From positions 672,001-736,000 of the forward strand of contig CAWDYW010000001.1 of assembly GCA_963806855.1 (NCBI GenBank): a stretch of DNA of 64,000 bases, read 5' to 3'. The notes beneath the pieces are model-generated. The model ran no database searches and had not been told where the DNA came from. It saw nothing but the letters and a program-made list of their open reading frames with translations. Shown piece by piece: positions 51,376 to 61,429 of the stretch (positions are counted from its first letter, which is position 1; the number at the start of each line of letters is the position of its first letter). The stretch comes from an uncultured Verrucomicrobiae bacterium (GTDB taxonomy: Bacteria; Chlamydiota; Chlamydiia; Chlamydiales; Rhabdochlamydiaceae). A program made the position numbers and the translations under genes.

Positions 51376-51476
51376 TATCACCACAGAGAGCACAGAAGAC
51401 ACAGAGGAAAAAATTTCAAATTCCCTAAAAGGAGGCCATTTTTTCCTCTGTGTCCTCTGTGCTCTCTGTGGTGATA
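51376..51476. repeat. REP-like palindrome with CACAGAG sub-repeats
   Basis: tatcaccacagagagcacagaagacacagaggaaaaaat / attttttcctctgtgtcctctgtgctctctgtggtgata. Confidence 0.88.
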
Positions 51477-51509
51477 AATATTTTATAATTTAATCTCTTA
51501 AGTGACACC

Positions 51510-53954
51510 CTATTTTTGCCAATGTACGTGATCGGCTTCCAGTGGTATGGAGACCCCTGGGAAGTAGGGGAGGATGCGAGGTGTATAAGCACTTGCTGGC
51601 AAGCGGACTGGGACAGATGCCGAATAGATTCCTGGACTGGATGCCTGCATCTCGACTTTCTCCTGCTCATTTGCATATAGTTCTACTCTCACAGATTTAG
51701 GAGATAGACCTGCTAAATCGACCTGCACTTCGAAATGATGCTGATCACCTTGCGTCTCCACTTTTACTTCTCCAAATCGGATAGCGCTCCAGCGCTCATT
51801 GAGCGACTCTTTCCACTTCGTGATCTCAAGGGCGAGTGCTCCCTGATTTTTTGCCCGCTCCTGATATTTGATCGCAGCGGGGATGTAAAATCGTTTGGTA
51901 TATTCAGTTACGGCTCGGTTGGCTGAGAATCGTGGAGTGAGAACAGCCATACTCTCGCGGATCCGTTTGATCCATGTAGTTGGCATTCCACTAGCATCGC
52001 GCTCGTAGAACTGAGGACCGATCTGGTGTTCGAGCACATCGTAAAGGGCGCTCGCATCTTTTGCATCCCATGCAGGGTCATCCCCATGTTCTTGACCATC
52101 TCCAATCGCAAAGCCCACTTCGGGAGTATAAGCCTCGGCCCACCACCCATCCAATTCTGATAAGTTGATCCCCCCATTGACGAGCACTTTCATTCCGCTA
52201 GTGCCGCTCGCTTCCCAAGGTCGACGGGGAGTATTGACCCACACATCGACACCCTGGACCAGCTGCTCAGTAAGCAACATGTCGTAATCGCTGAGGAAGA
52301 TCACATGCTTTCTTGCCTCGGGATTATCGAAGATGAATTGCATCCACTCTTTGATCAGCGTCTGCCCAGGTAGGTCGGCAGGATGGGCTTTTCCTGCGAG
52401 GATGAGTTGCATTGGACGGGAAGGATTGGTGAGAATTGAGAGGAACCGGTTTGGATCGGAGAGGAGAAGATTGGGCCGTTTGTAGGTGGCAAATCGGCGG
52501 GCAAATCCCAGCGTGAGGATGTTAGGATCCAGCAGTGACTCTTCTGGAGGAGCTCCCCTCGCAATCAGTTGATTTTGTAGACGCCGGTTGGCGTAGTCAA
52601 TGAGAGCAGCTCGGGCTGAGGTGCGCATCTGCCAAATCCTTTGATCCGGGAGAGCGCGGATCTTATCCTCCATCGCTTGAGTCTCCCCATGCCAGCGCCT
52701 CTTCCCACAGACTTCAGTCCAAAGCTGGTCGGACATCGGCGAGTCCCAACTGCGCATATGGACCCCATTGGTCAGCGCTTCAACCGGGACCTCCTCGGCT
52801 GGGTAGTTAGGGAAAAGGGGCTGAAAAAGATCGCGGCTCACTTTTCCATGTAATTGACTCACCCCATTGATCGTCCCACTGCCCCGAATGGCCAGATTCG
52901 CCATGTTGAAATACTCTTCCGAGTCTTGTGGATTGCGCCGACCAAGAGCAAGTAAATTCTCTAGCGAGATCTGCAGCTTTTCCTCAGCATACTTGCCCAG
53001 ATATTGCTCAATAAGGGCAGGGGAGAAATAATCGAAACCGGCCGCCACTGCTGTGTGAGTAGTAAAATGGTTCCCCGCACGCGTCGCATTGAGAGCGACC
53101 TCGAAGGAGACGTGATTTTCTAGCATGAAAGATTTTGCCCGCTCCAAAATCGCAAAGGCAGCATGCCCCTCATTGAGATGGCACACTTGAGGCTTGATTC
53201 CTAGCGCTTCGAGCAGATGCCACCCGCCAATGCCCAGCACCAGTTCTTGCACGAGCCGCAGCTCCCGATCGCCCCCATACAATTCACTCGTAATCCCCCG
53301 CTGCACAGGCGTGTTAGCCGCATCGTTCGTGTCGAGCAGGTAGAGTTTCGTCCGCCCGACCCTCACCTCCCAAGTGCGCACATGGATCTTTTGCCCAGAG
53401 AGAGGAATTTCCATACGTAGCCATTCCCCATCCTTTTTACGAAGAGGAGAGATAGGCAGCTGACCCGGATCGTTATAAGGATAGAGGGCCACCTGCTCAC
53501 CTTTAGCATTGATGGTCTGCCGAAAATAACCCTGTTGGTAGAGGAGCGAAACCCCGACAACCGGCACCCCGAGGTCGTTTGCCGATTTGAGCTGATCGCC
53601 GGCGACATTGCCGAGACCTCCCGAATAGATGGGAAGGGCCTCGCTCAACATGAATTCCATGCTAAAATAGGCGACACAGTTCAAAGGAGATTGAGGGAAT
53701 TTTTCTTGAAACCAAGAGCGAGTGGCGGCTTCCTCTTTTCTGGTCCGATTAAAACGATCGACCATTTCCAGAAACGAGGGGTCTTTTAAAACCTGATCGA
53801 GCTTTTCCCGAGAGACAGTTTGCAAAATCACCCAAGCGTTATGCGTTTTTTCCCAAAGCAGCGGGTCGAGCTGCTGCCAAATCTTATCGCCGCCATGACG
53901 CCAAGACCAAGCCAAATCGAGGGCCAGCTCCTTTAAGACTTCATGGTCATGCAT
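51510..53954 (-). CDS. glgP: Alpha-glucan (glycogen) phosphorylase
   Basis: AYFSMEF, YSGGLG, HLNEGH, FARRFATYKR, EASGTSGMK. Confidence 0.95.
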   Translation of the reverse strand: MHDHEVLKELALDLAWSWRHGGDKIWQQLDPLLWEKTHNAWVILQTVSREKLDQVLKDPSFLEMVDRFNRTRKEEAATRSWFQEKFPQSPLNCVAYFSMEFMLSEALPIYSGGLGNVAGDQLKSANDLGVPVVGVSLLYQQGYFRQTINAKGEQVALYPYNDPGQLPISPLRKKDGEWLRMEIPLSGQKIHVRTWEVRVGRTKLYLLDTNDAANTPVQRGITSELYGGDRELRLVQELVLGIGGWHLLEALGIKPQVCHLNEGHAAFAILERAKSFMLENHVSFEVALNATRAGNHFTTHTAVAAGFDYFSPALIEQYLGKYAEEKLQISLENLLALGRRNPQDSEEYFNMANLAIRGSGTINGVSQLHGKVSRDLFQPLFPNYPAEEVPVEALTNGVHMRSWDSPMSDQLWTEVCGKRRWHGETQAMEDKIRALPDQRIWQMRTSARAALIDYANRRLQNQLIARGAPPEESLLDPNILTLGFARRFATYKRPNLLLSDPNRFLSILTNPSRPMQLILAGKAHPADLPGQTLIKEWMQFIFDNPEARKHVIFLSDYDMLLTEQLVQGVDVWVNTPRRPWEASGTSGMKVLVNGGINLSELDGWWAEAYTPEVGFAIGDGQEHGDDPAWDAKDASALYDVLEHQIGPQFYERDASGMPTTWIKRIRESMAVLTPRFSANRAVTEYTKRFYIPAAIKYQERAKNQGALALEITKWKESLNERWSAIRFGEVKVETQGDQHHFEVQVDLAGLSPKSVRVELYANEQEKVEMQASSPGIYSASVPVRLPASAYTPRILPYFPGVSIPLEADHVHWQK

Positions 53955-55552
53955 ATTCGCTCCCCCTCTTTGAGCAGCTGCTCAAGATGCTCCTTGCTTT
54001 TGAAACTCTCTCCATAAATCTTATAAATATCTTCGGTGCCAGAGGGTCTCAGCGCAATCCACCCACTTTGTGCCACCACCTTAAAACCGCCGATCGGCGC
54101 CCCATTTCCAGGAGCATTTGTCAAAATTGCCTCGACCTTTTCCCCCGCTAGTTCCTTCAGATCGGGTTTTAGCTTTTTTATGCTTGCCTTTTGCTCAGCA
54201 GTAGCCGGAGCGCTCACCACACGATAAAATGACTCGCCAAATTCCTTGGTGAGCTCCTGATAAATCTCACCCGGGTCGCGTCCCATTTTCGCCGTGATTT
54301 CGGCTGATAAAAGGGCTGCGATGATCCCATCCTTGTCAGTGCTCCACGGCGTCCCATCCATCCGCAAAAACGACGCTCCAGCGCTCTCCTCGCCCCCAAA
54401 CCCCAGCGACCCATCGTATAGCCCATCGACAAACCATTTGAAGCCAACCGGCACCTCGTAGAGCCTCCGTCCCAATTTCGCCGCCACCTTGTCGAACATC
54501 TGACTGCTGACCAGCGTCTTGCCGATCGCCGCTTCAGGCTTCCATCCTGGCCGATGTTGAAATAGATAATAAACCGCCGCCGACAGATAGTGATTAGGAG
54601 GCAACAATCCGCTGCTTTTCGTCACAATCCCATGCCGATCGTGGTCGGTATCGCATCCAAACGCAATGGCAAAGCGATCTTTTAGTGCAATTAGCCGCTG
54701 CATCGCATAGGGCGACGACGGGTCCATCCGGATCTGCCCATCCCAATCGATCGTCATGAAACTAAACGTCGGATCGACCTCGAGACTGACCACCGTCAGA
54801 TCGAGCCCATACCGCTCAGCAATTGGCTCCCAATAAAAGATCCCCGCCCCACCGAGCGGATCGACCCCAAGTTTAATTCCCTTGATCGCATTCATATCGA
54901 TCACCTGATCGAGATCACCGACATAAGACTCGATATAATTGTAACGCTCTGCTGCAGCGATCGCCTTTTCCACCGCAATCCGCTTCACACCGTCGAGCCC
55001 CTTTTCGAGCAGCTCATTGGCCTTGGCCTGCACCCAATCGGTGATCGTCGGATCAGCGGGACCACCCTTGACATCATTGTACTTGAAGCCCCCCTCGTGC
55101 GGCGGATTGTGCGAAGGGGTGATCACGATCCCATCAGCCAAATGCCCTTTACGCCCTCGATTGTACTTCAAAATCGAATGGGAGATCACCGGCGTCGGCG
55201 TATAACCATCATTCTCCGACAGCATTACCGTCACTCCATTGGCCCCCAGCACCTCCATCGCACTAGCTAAAGCCGGTTGCGAGAGCGCATGCGTATCGAT
55301 CCCGATAAAAAGAGGCCCATCGATCCCCATCTTTTCCCGATAGAGACAGATCGCCTGAGTGATCGCCAAAATGTGATGTTCGTTGAAACTATTCTTAAAC
55401 GGAGTGCCCCGATGGCCCGACGTGCCAAACACCACCCGCTGCTCCTTGATCGAAGGATCGGGAATTTCCTCATAGTAAGCCGTGATCAACTTTGGAACAT
55501 CGACCAGAATCGACGGATCGGCCAATTTACCCGCATTAGGATTGATGGACAT
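53933..55552 (-). CDS. pgm: Phosphoglucomutase (alpha-D-glucose-phosphate-specific type)
   Basis: FGTSGHRG, TPSHNPP, DTDHDRHG, GEESAGA, RPSGTE. Confidence 0.96.
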   Translation of the reverse strand: MSINPNAGKLADPSILVDVPKLITAYYEEIPDPSIKEQRVVFGTSGHRGTPFKNSFNEHHILAITQAICLYREKMGIDGPLFIGIDTHALSQPALASAMEVLGANGVTVMLSENDGYTPTPVISHSILKYNRGRKGHLADGIVITPSHNPPHEGGFKYNDVKGGPADPTITDWVQAKANELLEKGLDGVKRIAVEKAIAAAERYNYIESYVGDLDQVIDMNAIKGIKLGVDPLGGAGIFYWEPIAERYGLDLTVVSLEVDPTFSFMTIDWDGQIRMDPSSPYAMQRLIALKDRFAIAFGCDTDHDRHGIVTKSSGLLPPNHYLSAAVYYLFQHRPGWKPEAAIGKTLVSSQMFDKVAAKLGRRLYEVPVGFKWFVDGLYDGSLGFGGEESAGASFLRMDGTPWSTDKDGIIAALLSAEITAKMGRDPGEIYQELTKEFGESFYRVVSAPATAEQKASIKKLKPDLKELAGEKVEAILTNAPGNGAPIGGFKVVAQSGWIALRPSGTEDIYKIYGESFKSKEHLEQLLKEGERICMTMKS

Positions 55553-56555
55553 AACACTCCCGGGCTATTTCAAAACTCTCTTCGGTATGAATGACGAGCA
55601 CCTTCACCTCTCCTAAAAACGACAATGCCTCGCAGACCCGATTGCGGATGAGAGAAGAGTTTTCACCAATCCCCGCCGTGAACACAAGCACATCGAGTCC
55701 CCCTAGAACTGCCACCATCGAGCCAATCGCACTCACCAGCCGATGCAGATAGACCTCCAGAGCGAGCTGTGCGCGAGGATTTCCCTGATCTTCGATGATA
55801 TCGCGCATGTCACTTGAAATTCCAGAAACGCCGAGCAGCCCGGATTCCTTATAGAGCGTCTTTTCCAGATCTGCAACCTTTTTCTTTTCCAAATAGAGCA
55901 AAATACCCGGATCGATCGAGCCGCACCGGGTATTCATCATCAGCCCATCCAGCGGAGTGAATCCCATCGTCGTGTCGACACTTTTTCCCTCAAGCACAGC
56001 GCACAGCGACGCCCCCGCACCCAAATGGCAAATCACCATCCTTCTCGGCACCTTTTTCAGCATCTGCGTCACTTGCCGCGTACAATACTGAAAACTGGTC
56101 CCATGAAACCCATACTTCTTGATCCCATCCTCAAACCACTTGTAGGGTCCCGGATAAACCTGTGCAGCCATCGGCATCGACTTGTGAAAAACGGTATCAA
56201 AAACGGCGATCTGCGGAGTCTTCGGCAATAGCTTCTCAAAGAGTTCAATCCCTTCTAAATCGGCCAAATTGTGCAGCGGCGCAAGCTCAGAGAGAGACTT
56301 GATCTTCTTCTTCACATCGGCATCGATCAATACACTTTCACTAAAATAGTTCCCGCCATGGACAATCCGATGTCCCACCACATCGATTTCTGAAAGAAAG
56401 TTGAGGCCTTGAAGCATATGTTCAAGGGCCGCTGCAGATGATTTTTCCACAGTTGATTCCCATTGCGGTGGGAGAGTGGAGTCGGGCAAAGCGTCGAGAG
56501 CATACAGACTGCATTTGATGCTGCTCGAGCCTCTATTGAGAACCAAGATCTTCAT
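55536..56555 (-). CDS. ackA: Acetate/propionate kinase
   Basis: ILVLNRGSSSIK, GHRIVHGG, LAPLHN, CHLGAGAS, TMGFTPLDG, FTAGIGENS. Confidence 0.95.
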   Translation of the reverse strand: MKILVLNRGSSSIKCSLYALDALPDSTLPPQWESTVEKSSAAALEHMLQGLNFLSEIDVVGHRIVHGGNYFSESVLIDADVKKKIKSLSELAPLHNLADLEGIELFEKLLPKTPQIAVFDTVFHKSMPMAAQVYPGPYKWFEDGIKKYGFHGTSFQYCTRQVTQMLKKVPRRMVICHLGAGASLCAVLEGKSVDTTMGFTPLDGLMMNTRCGSIDPGILLYLEKKKVADLEKTLYKESGLLGVSGISSDMRDIIEDQGNPRAQLALEVYLHRLVSAIGSMVAVLGGLDVLVFTAGIGENSSLIRNRVCEALSFLGEVKVLVIHTEESFEIARECYVHQS

Positions 56556-56805
56556 GCTTCATTGCTATAGCAAAATCGACATAAAAAAAATACTATGATC
56601 TCCGACAAAATGACACCGCAAATATCATTTTGCGTACTTTTTCATCAGAAACCTTGCATTTTGACAATTGACAACAGCCCTTGATCCAATAGAAATTGTC
56701 AATGCGGGTAAAGCCTCTCTAAATACTCTAGAGATTGGGGTTGATGTTATTTGGAAAGAACTGATAAAATATAAACCTTAATTAATAAAAATTATAGGAG
56801 AAAAA

Positions 56806-57609
56806 ATGTCATCTAAAGCAATCGTTAACCAGGCATCGGGCGATATTTATACTGTGTTTGATTTACTTGACCGACACTTCGAGACTGCATTTGACGAAAG
56901 AAAAGGCTATTTGAGCCAATTGAGTAAAGGTGCAAATGTGGCTCTTGATAAGATTCAGGCCGCTCTTCCCTCATGCCCTCCTGAAATCTTCCAAGACAAT
57001 ATGCTCTCAATGCCTTCTGCTGCGAGTGAGTTCCAAAAAGATACGAGTTTCGAATGGACAAGAGAAGCTTCATCTAGAATATGGAAGGGTTGGATTGGTC
57101 TCAAAGGTTACGATCCGGGTTTTGATATTGAAAGTTTTAGAATTGCAGAACGGCTCAAATATTCTGGCGAAGAGATTAAAAGAAAGGTTTTTGGCCTCTT
57201 AGGGACCACTAGAGAGCCAATCACATTAACTAGAACCCAAGATCACGTTTTCCATATTATCAATGAGCATGGCCATGAAAACAAGCTGATCCATGATGCA
57301 TGGATTGAAAATGGAAAAATGTGTGAAAGACTGACCTCGACCGCGGCAAAAGATCACGTCTTCAAATGCTCAGAAGGGGTCAACGAATTGCCTCTATTAA
57401 AACAAGCCTGTGTCTATACACCCAGAATCGCCCAACCTGAACGTCCATCGGAGCTTCCAATTGCTAAAATTGCAGGAGCTGTGATTGGTGGACTGGCTCT
57501 GATAAAAGCAGCGCAGAATTTCCGTGCCGAAGGGACAGCAAATAAAGTGCGAGGACTTGCCTGGGCAGTATTTGGCGTTGCGGCTATTGCACTACCTAAT
57601 GTCTATTAG
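56806..57609 (+). CDS. Hypothetical protein with C-terminal hydrophobic hairpin
   Basis: 267-aa ORF, AGGAG RBS, two C-terminal hydrophobic segments. Confidence 0.7.
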   Translation: MSSKAIVNQASGDIYTVFDLLDRHFETAFDERKGYLSQLSKGANVALDKIQAALPSCPPEIFQDNMLSMPSAASEFQKDTSFEWTREASSRIWKGWIGLKGYDPGFDIESFRIAERLKYSGEEIKRKVFGLLGTTREPITLTRTQDHVFHIINEHGHENKLIHDAWIENGKMCERLTSTAAKDHVFKCSEGVNELPLLKQACVYTPRIAQPERPSELPIAKIAGAVIGGLALIKAAQNFRAEGTANKVRGLAWAVFGVAAIALPNVY

Positions 57610-58043
57610 TCCATTGGGATATTATAGTCGAAAGCTTGACTAAAGACAGCTGGCATATATTTGTCGTCGGAAATTCTTGATCTCCAAGAGGGCCCAAAAA
57701 CAAGCAATCCCGTATAATCAGGAAGACAAGATTTAAAAATTGCATGGATTGCTCTATAGAAGATAACGATAATATTCCAAGAGTTATCAAGTAGTTCATC
57801 AGAAGAGTTATAATGAGTGATCAGTTTGGATCTAATGGCAACCGCGGCAAGGCATTCTTCGTAGGAATATTTAGTATCACGGTTACTTAGCTTACACACC
57901 TTTTCGGCTAAGGCATCAAGTGGAATGCTGTCTTCATTTTTTTGAATTGAAACCATTCGTGTGCCAAAAATCGAGAGATAAACTTCAGAATTTTGGACGA
58001 ATTTTTCGAGATCTTGATAAGAATTGCTGTTGCTGATGGCCAT
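57606..58043 (-). CDS. Hypothetical protein
   Basis: 145-aa ORF, AAAGGAG RBS, Ser/Asn-rich N-terminus. Confidence 0.65.
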   Translation of the reverse strand: MAISNSNSYQDLEKFVQNSEVYLSIFGTRMVSIQKNEDSIPLDALAEKVCKLSNRDTKYSYEECLAAVAIRSKLITHYNSSDELLDNSWNIIVIFYRAIHAIFKSCLPDYTGLLVFGPSWRSRISDDKYMPAVFSQAFDYNIPMD

Positions 58044-58155
58044 GTGGGTGCTCCTTTTTGGCCATGTATTCTAACCATTGCGATTGAAAAAAACAATACT
58101 ATTTTGATTTGCCCATTGCTTTCGGTCCCAAAATCTTAGTAGTGCAGTGTGACTC

Positions 58156-58740
58156 TTAATGACACCGCTTATCTATCCATTCATCCTGCAATGGATAATA
58201 TATAGTCTTACAACCAGCGGATACATATTCCATTGCTGTCACTATAACAGAACTCAGCTCCTTTTTTCCATTATTGCAATAAACAGAAGTCTCCTTACCA
58301 TTTATCAGCCATCTCTCCGTTCCAAGATGATGTTTTAAACTTACATCATGAAATTCCCACATATATTTTCCATATAAATAACTACAGAGGCTCTCGGCTT
58401 CCCAATAACGGACGCCAGCATCATGTAAATGGGATAGCAACGAACCGAGTTCATAAACTGAAAGTGAAAGTAAAAAGAAACCAGCAGTATAAAGACAAAT
58501 TTTGGATATTAAAAGTCGTTGTGGACTATAAGCCTGTCGATCTTCATCTCCAAAAAGAGAAGGCGCTTTTTCTGTAAGATTGTAAGCTCTTTTTGCTAAG
58601 GCTATAGCGCCCAGAGCTGTGCCAGAAATAAACAGAGAACTGAAGGTAAGAGTTAATAAGAGAGCATTGAGTTATCCCTTTTAGTGAATTAGTCGTTGCG
58701 TTATAAATTCCATCCGAAATTATTCTTTCTATTATCACTT
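58156..58740 (-). pseudogene. Disrupted hypothetical membrane protein, paralog A
   Basis: Frame is open from ~58670 (FISGTALGAIALAKRAYNLT...LSHLHDAGVRYWEA); the N-terminus lies in another frame. Confidence 0.6.
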
Positions 58741-58889
58741 TATTGTCCTTTTGTTTTTCAAATTTAAAAAGTTGAGTTATTATAAAAACGCTCAGCATTA
58801 TTTGTCAATATGCCGTAACAATCTGAAGAATCGGGAATTCGACAGGGAGGCGGCATAAATTATGGAATCTGGAGCCAGCGACATTGTTA

Positions 58890-58977
58890 GAGGATTTGCC
58901 TGGGTAGCATTTGGCGTTGCGGCTATTGCACAACCTAATGTCTATTAGTCCATTGGGATGTTATAGGCAAAAGCTTG
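58890..58977. repeat. Diverged 88-bp copy of 57551-57638 (convergent 3' ends of the two preceding genes)
   Basis: tttggcgttgcggctattgcac and acctaatgtctattagtccattgggat blocks are shared. Confidence 0.88.
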
Positions 58978-58978
58978 T

Positions 58979-59564
58979 TTAAAAATAACAGGGGTTTACA
59001 AGAGATGAATGCGCGTACAAGTGTCCCAGTTTATCCACGCAACCAGCAGAAATATATTGATTAACTGCCTCAACTACAGGGCTTATTTGTTCTTTTCTAA
59101 ATTTGTGATAACACCCATATATATTAATGTTACCAATGAAGTATTCTATAGCATTATATTTCGAATCATAATTTTCTTTGATAGAACGACAGTTGCTTAC
59201 GGCTTCCCAATGACGGGATCCAGCATCATGTAAATGAGATAATGTCGAACTTGAGTTCATATGCTGAAAGGGCAAGTAAAAAGATACCCGCAGTAGCAAG
59301 GCCAGCTCTTTTCGCCAAAAATTTTAATTGATAATTGGATCTCGACTTCCTTCATTCAAAAGGGAAGGTGATTATGCTGTAAGATTGTAAGCTCTTTTAA
59401 CTAAGGCTATACCGCCTAGAGCTGTGCCAGCAATAAAAGAGGTTGCTAACCAAAAGATTTGTTATAAGACTTGAGTAAGTCCAGCTAGTGTATTAGTCGT
59501 TGTATTATAAATTGTACCCAATGTTAATTGAGTTCCTGAAATGATTGCTTCGCCAATTTCTCAT
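58979..59564 (-). pseudogene. Decayed hypothetical membrane protein, paralog B
   Basis: FIAGTALGGIALVKRAYNLTA*...LSHLHDAGSRHWEA, with in-frame TAA stops and frameshifts. Confidence 0.7.
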
Positions 59565-59679
59565 TTTTTTATTTCCTTTGTTTTTTTAATTTAAATAGGC
59601 CTAATTATAATACGGCTAATCATTATTTGTAAATATATTCATCATAACTAAAATTAATAAAAATTATTTTATATTAGAT

Positions 59680-61429
59680 CTATTTAGATTTATCCAATAG
59701 CAATTGCCAACGCGCGTAAAGCCCTTCTAAATGCTCATGCGCTTTGCCGAGCTTCTGGTAGGTCTCCAGCGCGCCATCTTGGGCCCCAAGCTCGAGCTTT
59801 TCGATCTCGGCCTCGGCCTCTTGAATCGTCTGCTCCATCATGTCGAGCTCCCGCTTCTCTTTGTAGCTCAATTTTGCTGCAGCCGTAACTTTGGGGGCCT
59901 CTTTCTTAACAGGTTTTTCCTTCTTCGACCGGCTTCTTGCTATTTTCCCACTGCGAATAGCTGGCAAAGAAGTGATGCTCTCCTTCGCCAAGCACCACCA
60001 CCCGATTGCAGATGCGGTCCATTAGGCAACGGTCGTGGGAAATCAACACCACAGCCCCGGCGAATGTGCTGAGGCTCTCTTCGATCAACTCGAGTGTAGG
60101 GATATCGAGATCGTTGGTCGGTTCGTCGAGGAAGAGCACATCGGCTGGCTCGAGCATCAGCTTGGCAACCAAGATGCGGGCCCGCTCGCCGCCGGAGAGG
60201 CAACGGATGGGAATATTGAGCCGATCGGGAGGAAAAAGAAACCGTTTGGCCCACCCATTGACGTGGATTTGCTGGCCGCGGTAATTGACTGTATCGCCAT
60301 TGGGGCAGAGCGCTTCTTTGAGCGTCAGAGAGGGGTCGAGCTGCTCACGGTGCTGATCGAAGTAGACGAGGTGGAGATCGTCGGCATAGGTGAGCTTGCC
60401 CATGTCTTGGGGGAGCATCCCTGCGAGAATTTTTAGCAGCGTCGATTTTCCGGTTCCGTTTTGTCCCAGAATCCCCAAACGGGTCCCGGGGCTTAAGGTA
60501 AAGTCGACATGCTGAAACAGCTGCTTGCCTCCAAGCTCCTTGGAGATATTCTTGGCGACAAGCAGCTTGCGGGTCTCTCGCTCAGAAGCAGAAAAGTCTA
60601 TCCCTACCTCTTGCACTTTCGTCCGCTGTTTCACTTCGGCCAGTTCGTTGATCAGCCGATTGGCCTCGCGGATGCGCGCCTCCGACTTGGTCGTGCGGGC
60701 CTTCGGCGAAGTGCGGAGCCAATCGATTTCATCGCGTACCTTGTGGGAGAGGGAGCGAATTTTCTCTTCTTGGGCAACTAGAAAGGCCTCTTTGTGCTCG
60801 AGGAATTGGGAGATCGTGCCGTTTGCTTGCAAGAGCCCATCGGGATAGCAACGGTTGAGTTCGATGATCCGATTGGTGACGGTTTCTAAAAAATAGCGAT
60901 CATGGCTGATGACGACATAGGGGATTGAGAGCCGCTTGAGGAACATTTCTAGCCAGAGAATTCCCTCTAGGTCAAGGTGGTTGGTGGGCTCGTCGAGCAA
61001 GAGCAAATCGGGCTCTTTCATCAGTGCCGCCACAATGTCCAAGCGCTTCTTCCAGCCGCCCGAGAGCAGGCTCGAATCGACCGAGAAGTCGGAAAATTCA
61101 GCTTTGCCAAGCAAGATCCCGGCGCGGGTCAAGGCGGAGCGCTCATCGAGCTCTGGAACTTGGGCGAGGAGAAACTGCTCAATCGACATCGAGGGGAACT
61201 CGGGCGATTGGCTGGCGTAGCCCACCGTTAACATCTGCTTTTTCGAGAGATGGCCACTATCGGGATCGTCGGCCCCTGCTAAAATCTTGATCAGGGACGA
61301 TTTCCCGGCGCCATTGGGGCCGATGATGCCGATCCGGTCTCCGGCCGAAATTGTAAAAGAAATATTTTGAAAAAGGATCTGTGCCCCATAGGCCTTTGAG
61401 AGAGAATGTGCAGTTAGAAGTGTGCTCAT
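59680..61429 (-). CDS. uup: ABC-F family ATPase (Uup-like), with one apparent frameshift near 59910
   Basis: Two ABC domains (GPNGAGKS/LSGGW/LDEPTNHLD; GQNGTGKS/LSGGE); KLSYKEKREL C-terminal domain in the next frame. Confidence 0.9.

Noticed and set aside
56655..56705. Weak inverted repeat (gacaatt/aattgtc) between ackA and the hypothetical gene
   Set aside because: Short, imperfect and single-copy in an AT-rich region.
58979..59564. Stop-codon reassignment in paralog B
   Set aside because: TAA, TAG and TGA all end normal genes in the window, and the region also has frameshifts.
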